A stretch of 64,000 nt of DNA from the NCBI GenBank assembly GCA_964567575.1, contig CAZMMZ010000001.1, forward strand, positions 35,800-99,799, given 5' to 3'. The position numbers were made by a program, and so were the translations under genes. This document shows positions 44,220 to 54,534 of the stretch, piece by piece. Under the pieces are notes generated by a model. The model was given only the letters and a program-made list of their open reading frames with translations. It searched no databases and was not told the origin of the DNA. Origin of the DNA: Candidatus Undinarchaeota archaeon. GTDB lineage: Archaea; Undinarchaeota; Undinarchaeia; Undinarchaeales; UBA543. Within the stretch, counting starts at the first letter, position 1; each line of letters opens with the position of its first letter.

Positions 44220-44367
44220 AACCTCACATCCCCATATGAAAACAACATTATGGTTTTTCAAAAACAAATTCAGCATATCGCAGCATAGTGGTTTCATTAA
44301 ATCTATAATGGGTTTTGTAAAACCTGTGTCTTGTTTTATTGGGTTCTATACAAGTGTATAGACAACC

Positions 44368-44550
44368 CTATTTCTTAAGCTCAGCCATCTCTTGTTTTAA
44401 AAGATCTTGTACAACAACTGGCTCTACATATACTGCAATCCCTCGCTTCCTAGCGGTTTCCATTACTTTCGTCTTCTTAGTTAACACAGCCTTTCTCTTA
44501 CTTTCAATCATCTTAAGGGCCCTAAATGTTTTCTCCTCTAATATCTTCAT
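44368..44550 (-). CDS. hypothetical small basic protein
   Basis: 60-aa ORF downstream of and co-oriented with the TPR/J-like gene. Confidence 0.35.
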   Translation of the reverse strand: MKILEEKTFRALKMIESKRKAVLTKKTKVMETARKRGIAVYVEPVVVQDLLKQEMAELKK

Positions 44551-44603
44551 CTTTATGCACCACTAACAACAGAATTTTCTTTTTCATTTCAATCCTCTAT
44601 TTT

Positions 44604-45599
44604 TCAAAACTCATTAAGTATAGATTCTTTTGCCTCAGTTATCTTAACGAATTCAAGCACCCTTTCTTCATAATCTGGGTCATCATGAGAAAAGTTATCT
44701 GGGCGCATCTCTTGCACGATTCTCCAAAACGCCTTTTTCACATCTTCAGCGCTTGCACCTGATCTTATTCTTAGAAGATCATATCTTGCATCAGATTCTG
44801 CCCAGTCAATAGTTGGTTCTTCTTTAGGTTCTACAATTCTTGGTCCTTTCTTTGCCTTTTTTGGTTCACCTACAATTCTTGGCTTCTTTTTCAATTTCTT
44901 TTCTATTTCTTCTAACATTTCATTTAATTCATCTGCAAGCGTTGGGTTTGCATTAATTGCTTTTTTGCAGCATTCTTTAGCTTGTTTATATTTCTTATCT
45001 TGATAATACACTTCAGCAGCTTTCTTGTAAGCATTTCCTGTAAAAATACCACTATCGGTGTTTATGTTTTCTTTTCCACGTTTCTTTGTTGCAACAATAT
45101 CTTGCAATCTTTTTATTTCCTTTTCATACTTTATTTTAAATTGCTTATGTAGCTTGATTGCTGTTTTATACTGAAGTATTGCTCTGTAATATTCTCCTAA
45201 ATTTTCTAAAAATTCAGCATAGAGTACATAACGATTACTCTGCATGGCTGGTTGATCTTTACAAGCTGCAATTGCAAGTTTTGTGTATTTTATACCTTTT
45301 TTAAAAAAATATTTTTTCTTCCACACGGTTGGAGTTAGCTTCCCGCGATCAAGATAAGTCTTAGCTAATTTGTATAATGCTGCTACAGATTTGTTATTAA
45401 TTTCCAATGCTTTTACATAACAATTCTTCGCCTGTTTAAATTCACCAACCTTCATATGTAAGTTTCCCGCTCGTATATGTTTTAACTCATCCATTTTCCT
45501 GCGAGCACCCCTATTAACATTTATACCATCTTTTATTTTTTTAAACATCTGACCGTTCATACTTATTTTATGTCTCAAATACTTTTTATACCCGTTCAT
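44604..45599 (-). CDS. TPR-repeat protein with a C-terminal J-like domain (HPD replaced by RPD)
   Basis: 331 aa with TPR-like helices (GEFKQAKNCYVKALEIN, YYRAILQYKTAIKL, KYKQAKECCKKAINANP). C-terminus YDLLRIRSGASAEDVKKAFWRIVQEMRPDNF...ITEAKESIL. Confidence 0.65.
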   Translation of the reverse strand: MNGYKKYLRHKISMNGQMFKKIKDGINVNRGARRKMDELKHIRAGNLHMKVGEFKQAKNCYVKALEINNKSVAALYKLAKTYLDRGKLTPTVWKKKYFFKKGIKYTKLAIAACKDQPAMQSNRYVLYAEFLENLGEYYRAILQYKTAIKLHKQFKIKYEKEIKRLQDIVATKKRGKENINTDSGIFTGNAYKKAAEVYYQDKKYKQAKECCKKAINANPTLADELNEMLEEIEKKLKKKPRIVGEPKKAKKGPRIVEPKEEPTIDWAESDARYDLLRIRSGASAEDVKKAFWRIVQEMRPDNFSHDDPDYEERVLEFVKITEAKESILNEF

Positions 45600-45615
45600 C
45601 CTACCAATCTTTATA

Positions 45616-46221
45616 ATGCCGAATCAACAACTTATTACGTACATCCACCAGAACCTGAAGCTTGGATATACTGAGGAACAGCTTCGCAAGGTGTTGATTT
45701 CTGCTGGTTATGGTGTACGCGACATTGATGATGCAATTGATTCCGTTTTGAGACCGCAAGATTTGAAACCACTTGAACCAGCAAAACCAAAAGAACAACA
45801 AGAAAGTTTCTTCCAAAAAGTTCCAGTTTGGATGATTGCAACTACGGGAGGAGGAATATTTCTTTTAATAATCATAATTGTTCTCTTAGTTCCGTCTGGT
45901 GGCGAACCAACAGGGTTGCTAAATTTAAATGGTATGAAAATATCTGCATATGATTTCAATTGCGCAGGACCTGCATCCAGCTTGACAATAACTATGAAGA
46001 ATACTGGGGAAAGCGGTATCAACGATGTCCAACTTTTCAAAGACGATGCATTCCAAGCAGGAAAACTAATATCTTCTCTGGCAGCTGGAGCATCCGATAC
46101 ATTTGATTATCCAGATGTGGATTGTAATGACTGGCTCGGCGATCACACAGTAAAAATTATTTCCAGCCGCGGAGCTGCTGAAGGCCAAATCAAATTCACC
46201 TGCTCATCTGGCGCGTGCTAA
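45616..46221 (+). CDS. membrane-anchored protein with an extracytoplasmic CARDB-like domain
   Basis: 201 aa with an N-terminal helical module, one TM (VWMIATTGGGIFLLIIIIVLLV), then a beta-rich domain (LTITMKNTGESGINDVQLFKDD). Confidence 0.55.
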   Translation: MPNQQLITYIHQNLKLGYTEEQLRKVLISAGYGVRDIDDAIDSVLRPQDLKPLEPAKPKEQQESFFQKVPVWMIATTGGGIFLLIIIIVLLVPSGGEPTGLLNLNGMKISAYDFNCAGPASSLTITMKNTGESGINDVQLFKDDAFQAGKLISSLAAGASDTFDYPDVDCNDWLGDHTVKIISSRGAAEGQIKFTCSSGAC

Positions 46222-46260
46222 TCCGTCAGATTTATAACCACTTATCACATACCTGCAATT

Positions 46261-47658
46261 ATGACAAGCAAGTCTCGAAACGAAAAGCTGCAAGAGAAAC
46301 TTTTTACAAAAAAAGAATCAGCATGGGAGTCATATTCTCCAGCAGATAAAGAATCAGCTTTCGCGTTCGCAGAAAAATACAAACTTTTCTTAAAGGAGAG
46401 TAAAACCGAGAGGCTGTGCGTCAAAAATATTTGTTCCGGATTGAAAAAATCCGGGTTCGTAGAACTCGGAACTCAGAAATTAAAAACCGGTGACCGAGTT
46501 TTCAAGAATTATAAAAACAAAGCAGTTCTTGCTGCAGTTATTGGACAGGATAATTCCAAATTCAATCTTATTGGTTCGCACTTAGATTCCCCACGACTTG
46601 ATCTTAAACAATCTCCGCTTTTCGAAGACAGTGGATTCGCACTTTTGAAATCACATTATTACGGTGGAATCAAAAAATATCACTGGGTGAACACGCCACT
46701 TTCAATGTATGGTGTAATCCATACAAAATCTGGGCGGAAAGTTGAGATTTCAATTGGTGATAATGAAGGAGACCCACAATTTATAATTCCTGATTTGCTT
46801 CCACACCTTGCAAAAAAACAAATGGAAAAAACTGGCGATAAAATTATAGAAGGCGAGCAACTCAACATATTAGTTGGCAGCATACCGGTTAAGGATGAGA
46901 AAATCAAGGAGAAAATCAAATTCACAGTTTTAAAATATCTAAATGAGAAATACAAAATAACTGAAAGCGATTTCATGTGCGCAGAAATTGAATTTGTTCC
47001 AACATTCAATCCAGTTGATATTGGATTTGACAAATCAATGATTGCAGCATATGGACAAGATGATAAATGCTGTTCATTTGCAAGTTATTGGGCAATTCGA
47101 AAAATCACAAACCCAAAAAGAAATGCAATTGCGCTTTTCGCTGACAAAGAAGAGATTGGTTCAATGGGAGATTCTGGGGCGGCATCACATTTGCTTGAAA
47201 ATTTTGTAATGCAACTCTTAGAAGCAAGCAATGTAAACACCTTACCTGCTACTGTTTTCGAAACTTCACAAGCAATTAGCGCAGATGTGGATGGCGGACT
47301 TAATCCAATGTTCAAAGAAGTGCAAGATCCACTCAATGTTCCACTTCTTGGACACGGAGTTACAGTAACAAAGTACACTGGTGGCGGAGGAAAATACAGT
47401 TCAAATGATGCGTCAGCAGAATACATGCAAAAAGTTCGCGAACTTTTAGATAAAAACGAAATCAAATGGCAAACCGGAGAGCTCGGCAAAATTGACGAGG
47501 GTGGCGGAGGAACAATTGCAATGTATATGTCCAAATACGGCATTGATACAGTTGACGCAGGTCCCGCTTTACTTGCAATGCATTCACCTCTAGAGGTCAT
47601 GTCAAAGGCAGACTTATACGAATGCTACAAATTCTACAAAGCGTTTTTTACACAGTAA
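46261..47658 (+). CDS. M18 family aminopeptidase
   Basis: 465 aa with IGSHLDSPRLDLK, ADKEEIGSMG and MHSPLE motifs. Confidence 0.8.
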   Translation: MTSKSRNEKLQEKLFTKKESAWESYSPADKESAFAFAEKYKLFLKESKTERLCVKNICSGLKKSGFVELGTQKLKTGDRVFKNYKNKAVLAAVIGQDNSKFNLIGSHLDSPRLDLKQSPLFEDSGFALLKSHYYGGIKKYHWVNTPLSMYGVIHTKSGRKVEISIGDNEGDPQFIIPDLLPHLAKKQMEKTGDKIIEGEQLNILVGSIPVKDEKIKEKIKFTVLKYLNEKYKITESDFMCAEIEFVPTFNPVDIGFDKSMIAAYGQDDKCCSFASYWAIRKITNPKRNAIALFADKEEIGSMGDSGAASHLLENFVMQLLEASNVNTLPATVFETSQAISADVDGGLNPMFKEVQDPLNVPLLGHGVTVTKYTGGGGKYSSNDASAEYMQKVRELLDKNEIKWQTGELGKIDEGGGGTIAMYMSKYGIDTVDAGPALLAMHSPLEVMSKADLYECYKFYKAFFTQ

Positions 47659-47715
47659 TTAGAAATCAAATACTTTAAAAACACCAATAACCCACTCTAA
47701 TTGAGGGGAGATAAA

Positions 47716-48996
47716 ATGATTGATATAAAACTTCTTAGAGACAATCCTGAAGTTGTAAAGGATTCACAGCGCAAGCGTAAAGCAGATTTGAAAGTTATAG
47801 ATCATGTTATAGAGCTTGACAAGAAGTGGCGCGATGAAGCAAAGAAACTTGACGAACTTAAACACGAGCGCAATCAATGCAATGAAGAAATCGCTCGCTT
47901 GAAAAAGTCTCAGAAAGACGCATCTGGAAAAATCAAGGATATGCAAAAGCTCGCAAAGAAAATAACTAAACAAGAGGGCCAAACAAATTCAACACTTGAT
48001 GTCCGCAATGATATTCTCTCACGAATTCCAAATATTCTTCACGATTCTGTTCCTCCTGGAGAAACTGAACAAGATTCTGTTCCAATAAAACACTGGGGAA
48101 AGAAACCAGCTTTCAAATTCGAACCAAAATCACATGTTGATCTTGGTCCAGCGTGCGATATTTTCGATATCGAGCGCGCTGCTAAAGTATCTGGTGCAAG
48201 ATTTTACTTTATGAAAAATGTGGGCGTTCTTCTCGAACTCGCACTTATCAATTATACTATTGATTTTTTGAGAAAGCAGGAATTCATTCCTACAATTCCT
48301 CCAAACTTAGTTCGCGAGCGCGCAATGTTCGGCGCTGGAATGCTTCCACTTTACAAAGATGAGATTTTCAAAATTGAAAATGAAGATCTTTATTTGATTC
48401 TTACAAGTGAGCACGCACTTGCTGGATTGCATATGGATGAAGTTCTTGAAAAAGAACAACTTCCACTTCGATACTGCGGAATATCTCCATGCTACCGCAC
48501 TGAAGCTGGTGCGCATGGTCGCGATCAGAAAGGAATTTTCAGAGTTCACCAATTTCAAAAAGTTGAGATGTTCACTTTCTGCAAACCTGAGGAAAGCTGG
48601 GATGAACACGAGAAACTTCTCAAAATTGCAGAAAAACTTGTTCAAAGTTTGAAGCTCCCTTACAGAGTTACAAACATTTGCACTGCTGACATTGGCACAA
48701 CAGCATCAAAGAAATACGATATTGAAGTTTGGTTCCCTGGGCAAGCCGCGTACAGAGAATTAATCAGTTGTTCAAATTGCACAGATTATCAAGCGCGCAG
48801 ATTGAATGCTCGCTACCACGATCCAAATAGTGAAAAACCACTTTTCATGCACACTCTAAATTCAACTGCATTACCAATGAGCCGCACCATAGTTGCAATA
48901 ATGGAAAACTATCAGACTGCTGATGGTAGAATTAAAATCCCAAAAGTTCTCCAGCCTTACATGGGTGGAATGAAAGAAATAACTCCTAAGAAGTGA
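47716..48996 (+). CDS. serS: seryl-tRNA synthetase
   Basis: MIDIKLLRDNPE start preceded by gagggga, an N-terminal coiled coil, and class II motifs (FRVHQFQKVEMF, GQAAYRELISCSNCTDYQARR). Confidence 0.9.
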   Translation: MIDIKLLRDNPEVVKDSQRKRKADLKVIDHVIELDKKWRDEAKKLDELKHERNQCNEEIARLKKSQKDASGKIKDMQKLAKKITKQEGQTNSTLDVRNDILSRIPNILHDSVPPGETEQDSVPIKHWGKKPAFKFEPKSHVDLGPACDIFDIERAAKVSGARFYFMKNVGVLLELALINYTIDFLRKQEFIPTIPPNLVRERAMFGAGMLPLYKDEIFKIENEDLYLILTSEHALAGLHMDEVLEKEQLPLRYCGISPCYRTEAGAHGRDQKGIFRVHQFQKVEMFTFCKPEESWDEHEKLLKIAEKLVQSLKLPYRVTNICTADIGTTASKKYDIEVWFPGQAAYRELISCSNCTDYQARRLNARYHDPNSEKPLFMHTLNSTALPMSRTIVAIMENYQTADGRIKIPKVLQPYMGGMKEITPKK

Positions 48997-49044
48997 ACCA
49001 CTTTTTCCAAAACCTAATAAACCCTTAAACCACTTTCTTTTCCT

Positions 49045-50106
49045 ATGACAGAACTGTTAATGACCCCTGGACCAACATTAGTTCCTTTAGAAATCAGGGG
49101 AGCCATGTCAATGCCAGTAATCCATCACCGCACTCCAGAGTTTATTGAACTTTTCCATGAAACAACAAATCGCCTAAAGAGAGTTTTCAAAACTGAAAAC
49201 GATACATTCATTCTATCTGGATCTGGAACCGCATGCATGGAAGCTGCGATTTGCAACACAGTGCAAAAAGGAGATAAAGTTCTTACACTTGTTAATGGAA
49301 AATTCTCTGAGCGTCTTGGTGATCTTGCAAAAGTTTATGGCGCAGATGTCAAAGTTTTAGAATTTGACTGGGGTTCACCAATTGATCCAGCACTTGTTAA
49401 AGAAGCACTTACACCAGACACAAAATTAGTGACAATGGTTTTCAATGAAACTTCAACAGGGGTGAAAAATGAGGTCAAACCAATTTCTGATTTACTAAAC
49501 GGAACTGAAACCCTTTTACTTGTTGATGCAATCTCCGCACTTGGTGGAGATGAATTCAAAACAGATGAATGGGGCGTTGATCTTTGCATAAGCGGTTCAC
49601 AAAAATGTTTTGCAATGGCAACAGGGCTTGGATTTATTTCAGTTTCTCAAAAAGCTTGGAGTGCAATCAACGATAATCCAAACCCACGCTATTATCTTGA
49701 TTTACGAAAATACAAAGATGCAAAACCAACACCCTTCTCAACATCTGTCACACTCATCTATGGATTAAGCGCGGCTCTTGATTTAATTGCAAAAGAAAAA
49801 CTTGAAACAAGAATAGTTCGCCACCAAACAAATGCAAAACTTTGCAGAGATGGAATTAAGAAACTCGGTTTTGAGATTCTTCCAATTTCTGAAGATGTTT
49901 GTTCAAACACTCTGACAGCAGTTAAGTCTGACAAAGCAGCGGTTATTATCAAGAAAATGCTTGAAGATCATGATATTCGAATTGCCGGCGGCCAAGCGCA
50001 CCTAAAAGGAAAAGTTTTCCGAATTGGCCACATGGGTTCAATTACAAAAGAGCATGTTGAGAAAACTCTCAAAGCTCTTGAAGAAGTTATGAAGGAATTA
50101 CAATGA
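49045..50106 (+). CDS. class V aminotransferase (serine-glyoxylate/phosphoserine aminotransferase-like)
   Basis: 353 aa with a LTPGPT start and SGSQKCFAMATGLG, the PLP-lysine region. Confidence 0.8.
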   Translation: MTELLMTPGPTLVPLEIRGAMSMPVIHHRTPEFIELFHETTNRLKRVFKTENDTFILSGSGTACMEAAICNTVQKGDKVLTLVNGKFSERLGDLAKVYGADVKVLEFDWGSPIDPALVKEALTPDTKLVTMVFNETSTGVKNEVKPISDLLNGTETLLLVDAISALGGDEFKTDEWGVDLCISGSQKCFAMATGLGFISVSQKAWSAINDNPNPRYYLDLRKYKDAKPTPFSTSVTLIYGLSAALDLIAKEKLETRIVRHQTNAKLCRDGIKKLGFEILPISEDVCSNTLTAVKSDKAAVIIKKMLEDHDIRIAGGQAHLKGKVFRIGHMGSITKEHVEKTLKALEEVMKELQ

Positions 50107-51008
50107 AAGTTGCAGCTACAGATACAATCAGCGACAAATGCCAAACAGCATTAAAAGAAATCTGCGAATTCTCAGATTTATCAGAAGTTCCAAAAGAAGA
50201 ACTTGCTGGAAAATTAAATGATTTTGAAGTAATAATTGTTAGAAGTAAAACAAAAGTTACAAAAGAATTAATAGACTCTGCTTCAAATCTAAAAGCAATA
50301 GTCCGCGGTGGTGTTGGAATTGACAACATTGATTCTGATTATTGCAAAGAAAAAAATATTCAAGTTCTCAACACTCCAAATGCCCCTTCCCGCGCAGTTG
50401 CAGAACTTTCAATTGCTCATATGTTTTCATTGCTCAGAAATATTCCATATGCAGATGCAACAACAAAGAACGGTGAATGGTTGAAAAAAGATTTGAAAGG
50501 CCACGAACTCACTGGAAAAACAGTTGGTATAATTGGATTCGGAAGAATCGGTTATGAAGTTGGTAGAGTTCTCAATGCAATCAACTGTGAGATTTTAATT
50601 TCTGATCCTTATGCCGAATCTAAATTTGTTTCTGAAGTAAATGGTTTGAAAGTAGAACTTGATGAACTTCTTGAAAAATCAGATATAATTACAATCCACG
50701 TTCCACTTCTTGATTCAACAAAAGGAATGATTGGAAAAGCGCAATTTGCAAAAATGAAAAAAGGAGTTTTAATTGTTAATGCTGCTCGCGGTCCAATTAT
50801 TGAAGAGCAAGCATTGTGCGATGCTCTTGCATCTGGTAAAGTTGCAGGTGCAGGTCTTGATGTTTATTGGAACCGAACTCCAGAGAACTCTTGTATTTTA
50901 GAACATAAAGACAAATTAGTTTTAACTCCACACATTGGAAGTGCAACATATGAATCTCAAGATAGAATTGGAGATGAAATTGTAGAGCATGTGAAGAACC
51001 TTAACTAA
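50103..51008 (+). CDS. serA: D-isomer-specific 2-hydroxyacid dehydrogenase (short 3-phosphoglycerate dehydrogenase-like, no ACT domain)
   Basis: GIIGFGRIGYEVG NAD fold, HVPL, and LTPHIGSAT. 4-nt overlap with the aminotransferase gene. Confidence 0.7.
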   Translation: MKVAATDTISDKCQTALKEICEFSDLSEVPKEELAGKLNDFEVIIVRSKTKVTKELIDSASNLKAIVRGGVGIDNIDSDYCKEKNIQVLNTPNAPSRAVAELSIAHMFSLLRNIPYADATTKNGEWLKKDLKGHELTGKTVGIIGFGRIGYEVGRVLNAINCEILISDPYAESKFVSEVNGLKVELDELLEKSDIITIHVPLLDSTKGMIGKAQFAKMKKGVLIVNAARGPIIEEQALCDALASGKVAGAGLDVYWNRTPENSCILEHKDKLVLTPHIGSATYESQDRIGDEIVEHVKNLN

Positions 51009-51010
51009 AT

Positions 51011-52024
51011 TTATTTAAAAAGATATTCTTCAATTGTCCGCAACAATCTACCGTGGTTTAAACTATGTCCCTGTTTTACAAGAGCAGCTTCTCTTGGTTG
51101 AATATTCCCACTTGCTGCGTAAGGGTGTCCACCACCACCAAGTGCAACAGCAATCTCATCAAGGGGAACTCCACTATTTTTTCTTTTTCTTCTAAAACTT
51201 GCTTTCGCCGTTGGAGTTACCATTACAATAACATCTGCTGCTGGGAGTTTCATCTTTTTCCGATGTTTCTTAACTCCCATTCCCCCAGCTTCTGAATTAC
51301 TCACAACTTTACTATCATTGTAAACAGTTACAATTATTTTATCTTTAATATGATACTCTTTACTGGTTTTTAGAATTTTTTTCATATCTTTGTCATATTC
51401 TTTTTTCAGTAGTTTGTATTCGTCATCCCAGTCCTTTTCCCACATTTTCCCACTAACAAATGTATTAATCATTTCAAGAAGTTTTTCATCATCCCATATT
51501 CTGTTATTTATTAAAAGAGAAAGCTTGAATGAAATAACCCATCTCCTCCTCCACATATCATAATCCCCTGCAATTTTCGCAAGGTTATTTGAAAAAGGAT
51601 CATCTTTCATAAGATACCAACATGCAACTTCAGCTCCACATTTCTTTACATCAACCCAAATATCTTTTACAAGCTTCACCATAGCATTCATATTGATTTT
51701 CCATTCGTGATGATCATACCAATAAATGTTACATCCACGGTTCTTCAACTTCGAAAGTATAGCAAGAACCGAATCTGCATCTGACCTATTTATGTTAAAG
51801 TCCGCAACATAAATCTCCGCACCAGGTTCTGCAATCTTTTCAATCTTCTCAAAATCTTTCTTAACAGTATCATAATCTACAAAAATATGTGTTGGGTTTT
51901 TTTCTTTCAAGTAGCGATGAATAATTGCATGGCTCACAATTCCATCAAGATCGCCCCTGTGAGCTGCTATAATGTACTTTGCCATGTGCTCATAATATAT
52001 TCTTCTCTTTAAATCATTTCCCAA
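51011..52024 (-). CDS. DHH/DHHA1 family phosphoesterase (NrnA/RecJ-like)
   Basis: AHRGDLDGIVS, WYDHHEW (DHH) and GGGGHPYAASG (DHHA1). Confidence 0.7.
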   Translation of the reverse strand: MGNDLKRRIYYEHMAKYIIAAHRGDLDGIVSHAIIHRYLKEKNPTHIFVDYDTVKKDFEKIEKIAEPGAEIYVADFNINRSDADSVLAILSKLKNRGCNIYWYDHHEWKINMNAMVKLVKDIWVDVKKCGAEVACWYLMKDDPFSNNLAKIAGDYDMWRRRWVISFKLSLLINNRIWDDEKLLEMINTFVSGKMWEKDWDDEYKLLKKEYDKDMKKILKTSKEYHIKDKIIVTVYNDSKVVSNSEAGGMGVKKHRKKMKLPAADVIVMVTPTAKASFRRKRKNSGVPLDEIAVALGGGGHPYAASGNIQPREAALVKQGHSLNHGRLLRTIEEYLFK

Positions 52025-52061
52025 AATTATAAAAACCAGCGGCTTTAAGGAAAATGAGTTT

Positions 52062-54194
52062 ATGGCATCGGAAAAATTTGAACTGATTGTAACTGAGAAA
52101 CCGAAAGTGTCTCAAAGAGTAGCTGATGCCCTGGCTGATGGAGAGGTTACAAAGACAAGCCATGGTTCAATTTCTTATTATATTCTCGAGCGCGCTGGAA
52201 AGAAAATTGTTGTTGCACCAGCAGTTGGTCACGTTTACACACTCAAACACAAGAAAGGACAAACTGGTTTTCCAATTTTCGATATTGAATGGATTCCCAG
52301 TTCCGAAGCTAACAAAGGCGCTGCTTTTACAAAACCTTATGTTGAAACTCTGAAGTTCCTTGGCAAGAATGCGAACTCTGTTGTTTGTGCATGCGATTAC
52401 GATATCGAGGGTGAACTGATTGGATATAATGTTATCAAATATTGCATTGGCGAAGAAGCTTTGAAAAATGCAAAGCGAATGAAATTCTCAGCACTCACTA
52501 AAGAGCAATTGGAAAAAGCATATGATAAAAAAATGGATCATCTTGACTTCCCTCTTGCAGATGCTGGAATAACTCGACATATGCTTGATTGGTATTGGGG
52601 CATCAACACTTCACGTGCACTTTCAACTGCATACAAATCTGTAACTGGATATTATGCAACTCTCTCAGCAGGCCGGGTTCAAACACCAACATTAAAAGTT
52701 CTTGATGACCGCGAACAAGAAATCAAAGCATTTATTCCAGAACCATTTATCACACTCACTGCGCAGGTTGATCTCGGAGAAAGCGAACTTCCTGCAATTC
52801 ATGAAACAGAAAAGTTTTTTGATTTGGAAGAAGCTGAGAAAATTTATCGCAAATGTAATGAAAAACCTGCAACAGTTTCTAATTTAAAGAAAAGACAGTT
52901 CGAACAGAAACCCCCAGTCCCATTCAATCTTGGAGATATGCAAATCGAAGCGCACAAACTTTTCAAATACGTTCCAAAGATGACGCAATCACTTGCTCAA
53001 TCACTTTACGATGCTGGATTGATTTCTTATCCAAGAACAAGTTCACAGAAATTACCTGAAGGGGTTGATCCAAAAAAGATGCTGAAAAAAATCGCAGCGC
53101 AGGCAGGATACAAACCACTTGTTGATAAAATCATGGCAATGAAATCTGTGAAACCAAATGAAGGAAAGAAAACTGATGCTGCCCATCCTTGTATTTATCC
53201 AACTGGTGAAATCCCAAAGAAAGTTACACCACAAGAAGGAAAACTTTACGATCTTGTTGTGAAACGATTCCTTGCGTGTTTCGGTGAAGCTGCAATTCGC
53301 GAGTCTCAGGAAATTGCATTTGATATTGAATCTGAAAGATTCCTTTCAAAAGGAACTCGAACTTTGGAAAAGAATTGGCACGAGCTTTACGAACCATACA
53401 TTAAATTAAAAGAAGAGGACCTTCCTGAACTTGAACAAGGCAAACAACATAATGTAAAACAATTGGATAAAGAGAACAAGGAAACCCAGCCACCAAAACG
53501 ATATTCACAAGCGTCAGTCATTAAACAAATGGAGAAAATTGGAATCGGTACAAAAGCAACACGCGCCAACATACTTCAAACTCTCTACGATCGTAATTAT
53601 GTTCAAGGTCAGCAAATTCAAGTTACAGAATTCGGTTCTAAAATTATTGAGACGTTGAAGAAACATGTTTCTGAATTAACTTCTGAGGATTTGACTCACA
53701 AGTTCGAAGATTTTGTTGAGAAAATTCAGGAAGGCGCTGTTGATAAAGAAACAGTTCTTGCGCAAGCAAAGGAAACACTTACTACTGTTATGGAAAAATT
53801 CAAGAAAGAAGCTGGTGCAATTGGTGAAGGGCTTGGTGAGTCTTACCAGAAAGCGCGAACAGAACAAATAACTTTGTCTGAATGTCCAAAATGCAAGACT
53901 GGTAATTTAATGATTAGGAAATCCAAAGCATCCGGCAAACAATTTGTTGGGTGTTCTGCGTATCCAAAATGTGATTGTTCTTATCCACTTCCACAATTCG
54001 CAAAAATTGAAAAGCAAGAAAAACCATGTGAACACGATCAACTTCCAGTTATCAAAGTTATTAGAAAAGCAAAGCGACCGTTTACAATGTGTATTGATCC
54101 TAAGTGCCCTTCCAAAGCAGATTGGGGAAAGAAAAAAGCAGCGAAAAAGAAAGCGCCAGCAAAAAAGAAGAAAACAACTAAGAAGAAAACTTAG
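52062..54194 (+). CDS. topA: type IA DNA topoisomerase
   Basis: TOPRIM (ELIVTEKPKV, CDYDIEGE), active-site ISYPRTSS, C-terminal zinc ribbons (CPKCKTG...CSAYPKC), and a Lys-rich tail. Confidence 0.85.
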   Translation: MASEKFELIVTEKPKVSQRVADALADGEVTKTSHGSISYYILERAGKKIVVAPAVGHVYTLKHKKGQTGFPIFDIEWIPSSEANKGAAFTKPYVETLKFLGKNANSVVCACDYDIEGELIGYNVIKYCIGEEALKNAKRMKFSALTKEQLEKAYDKKMDHLDFPLADAGITRHMLDWYWGINTSRALSTAYKSVTGYYATLSAGRVQTPTLKVLDDREQEIKAFIPEPFITLTAQVDLGESELPAIHETEKFFDLEEAEKIYRKCNEKPATVSNLKKRQFEQKPPVPFNLGDMQIEAHKLFKYVPKMTQSLAQSLYDAGLISYPRTSSQKLPEGVDPKKMLKKIAAQAGYKPLVDKIMAMKSVKPNEGKKTDAAHPCIYPTGEIPKKVTPQEGKLYDLVVKRFLACFGEAAIRESQEIAFDIESERFLSKGTRTLEKNWHELYEPYIKLKEEDLPELEQGKQHNVKQLDKENKETQPPKRYSQASVIKQMEKIGIGTKATRANILQTLYDRNYVQGQQIQVTEFGSKIIETLKKHVSELTSEDLTHKFEDFVEKIQEGAVDKETVLAQAKETLTTVMEKFKKEAGAIGEGLGESYQKARTEQITLSECPKCKTGNLMIRKSKASGKQFVGCSAYPKCDCSYPLPQFAKIEKQEKPCEHDQLPVIKVIRKAKRPFTMCIDPKCPSKADWGKKKAAKKKAPAKKKKTTKKKT

Positions 54195-54496
54195 TTAGTA
54201 TCTATTTCTTTTTCCAAATATTCTAGAGTTAATTCTTTTGTAATTTTATTCATCTCTTTTCTATGAAACGGATAACTTTCAAATCTACAATAATCATCTT
54301 GTCTCATTGAAACATCTCTTTCAATACCTGCCCACGCATGTTTCTTCCATGTTGCCCATGGATTTTTTTCTGTTTCTTTTTCTATAAAATCTGGAAGATA
54401 ATATATAACTCGCATTTGTTGAAAGTGTTTTTCTGATTTAATTTTAAAACGCCCAAATCTAATTCTTCTCCTTGTCGAATCTTCACTCATTTTCAA
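54191..54496 (-). CDS. hypothetical protein
   Basis: 101-aa ORF with no recognised motif. Confidence 0.45.
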   Translation of the reverse strand: MKMSEDSTRRRIRFGRFKIKSEKHFQQMRVIYYLPDFIEKETEKNPWATWKKHAWAGIERDVSMRQDDYCRFESYPFHRKEMNKITKELTLEYLEKEIDTN

Positions 54497-54534
54497 AAGA
54501 TTTTCACTTTTTTTTATTTTTTGTCTTATTGTTT

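Noticed and set aside
43592-44297. ORFs 43592-44035 (+), 43791-43973 (+) and 44022-44297 (-)
   Set aside because: They run through the octamer/inverted-repeat arm or antisense to the wHTH gene. The peptides are Cys/Phe-rich, repeat-driven and lack any motif.
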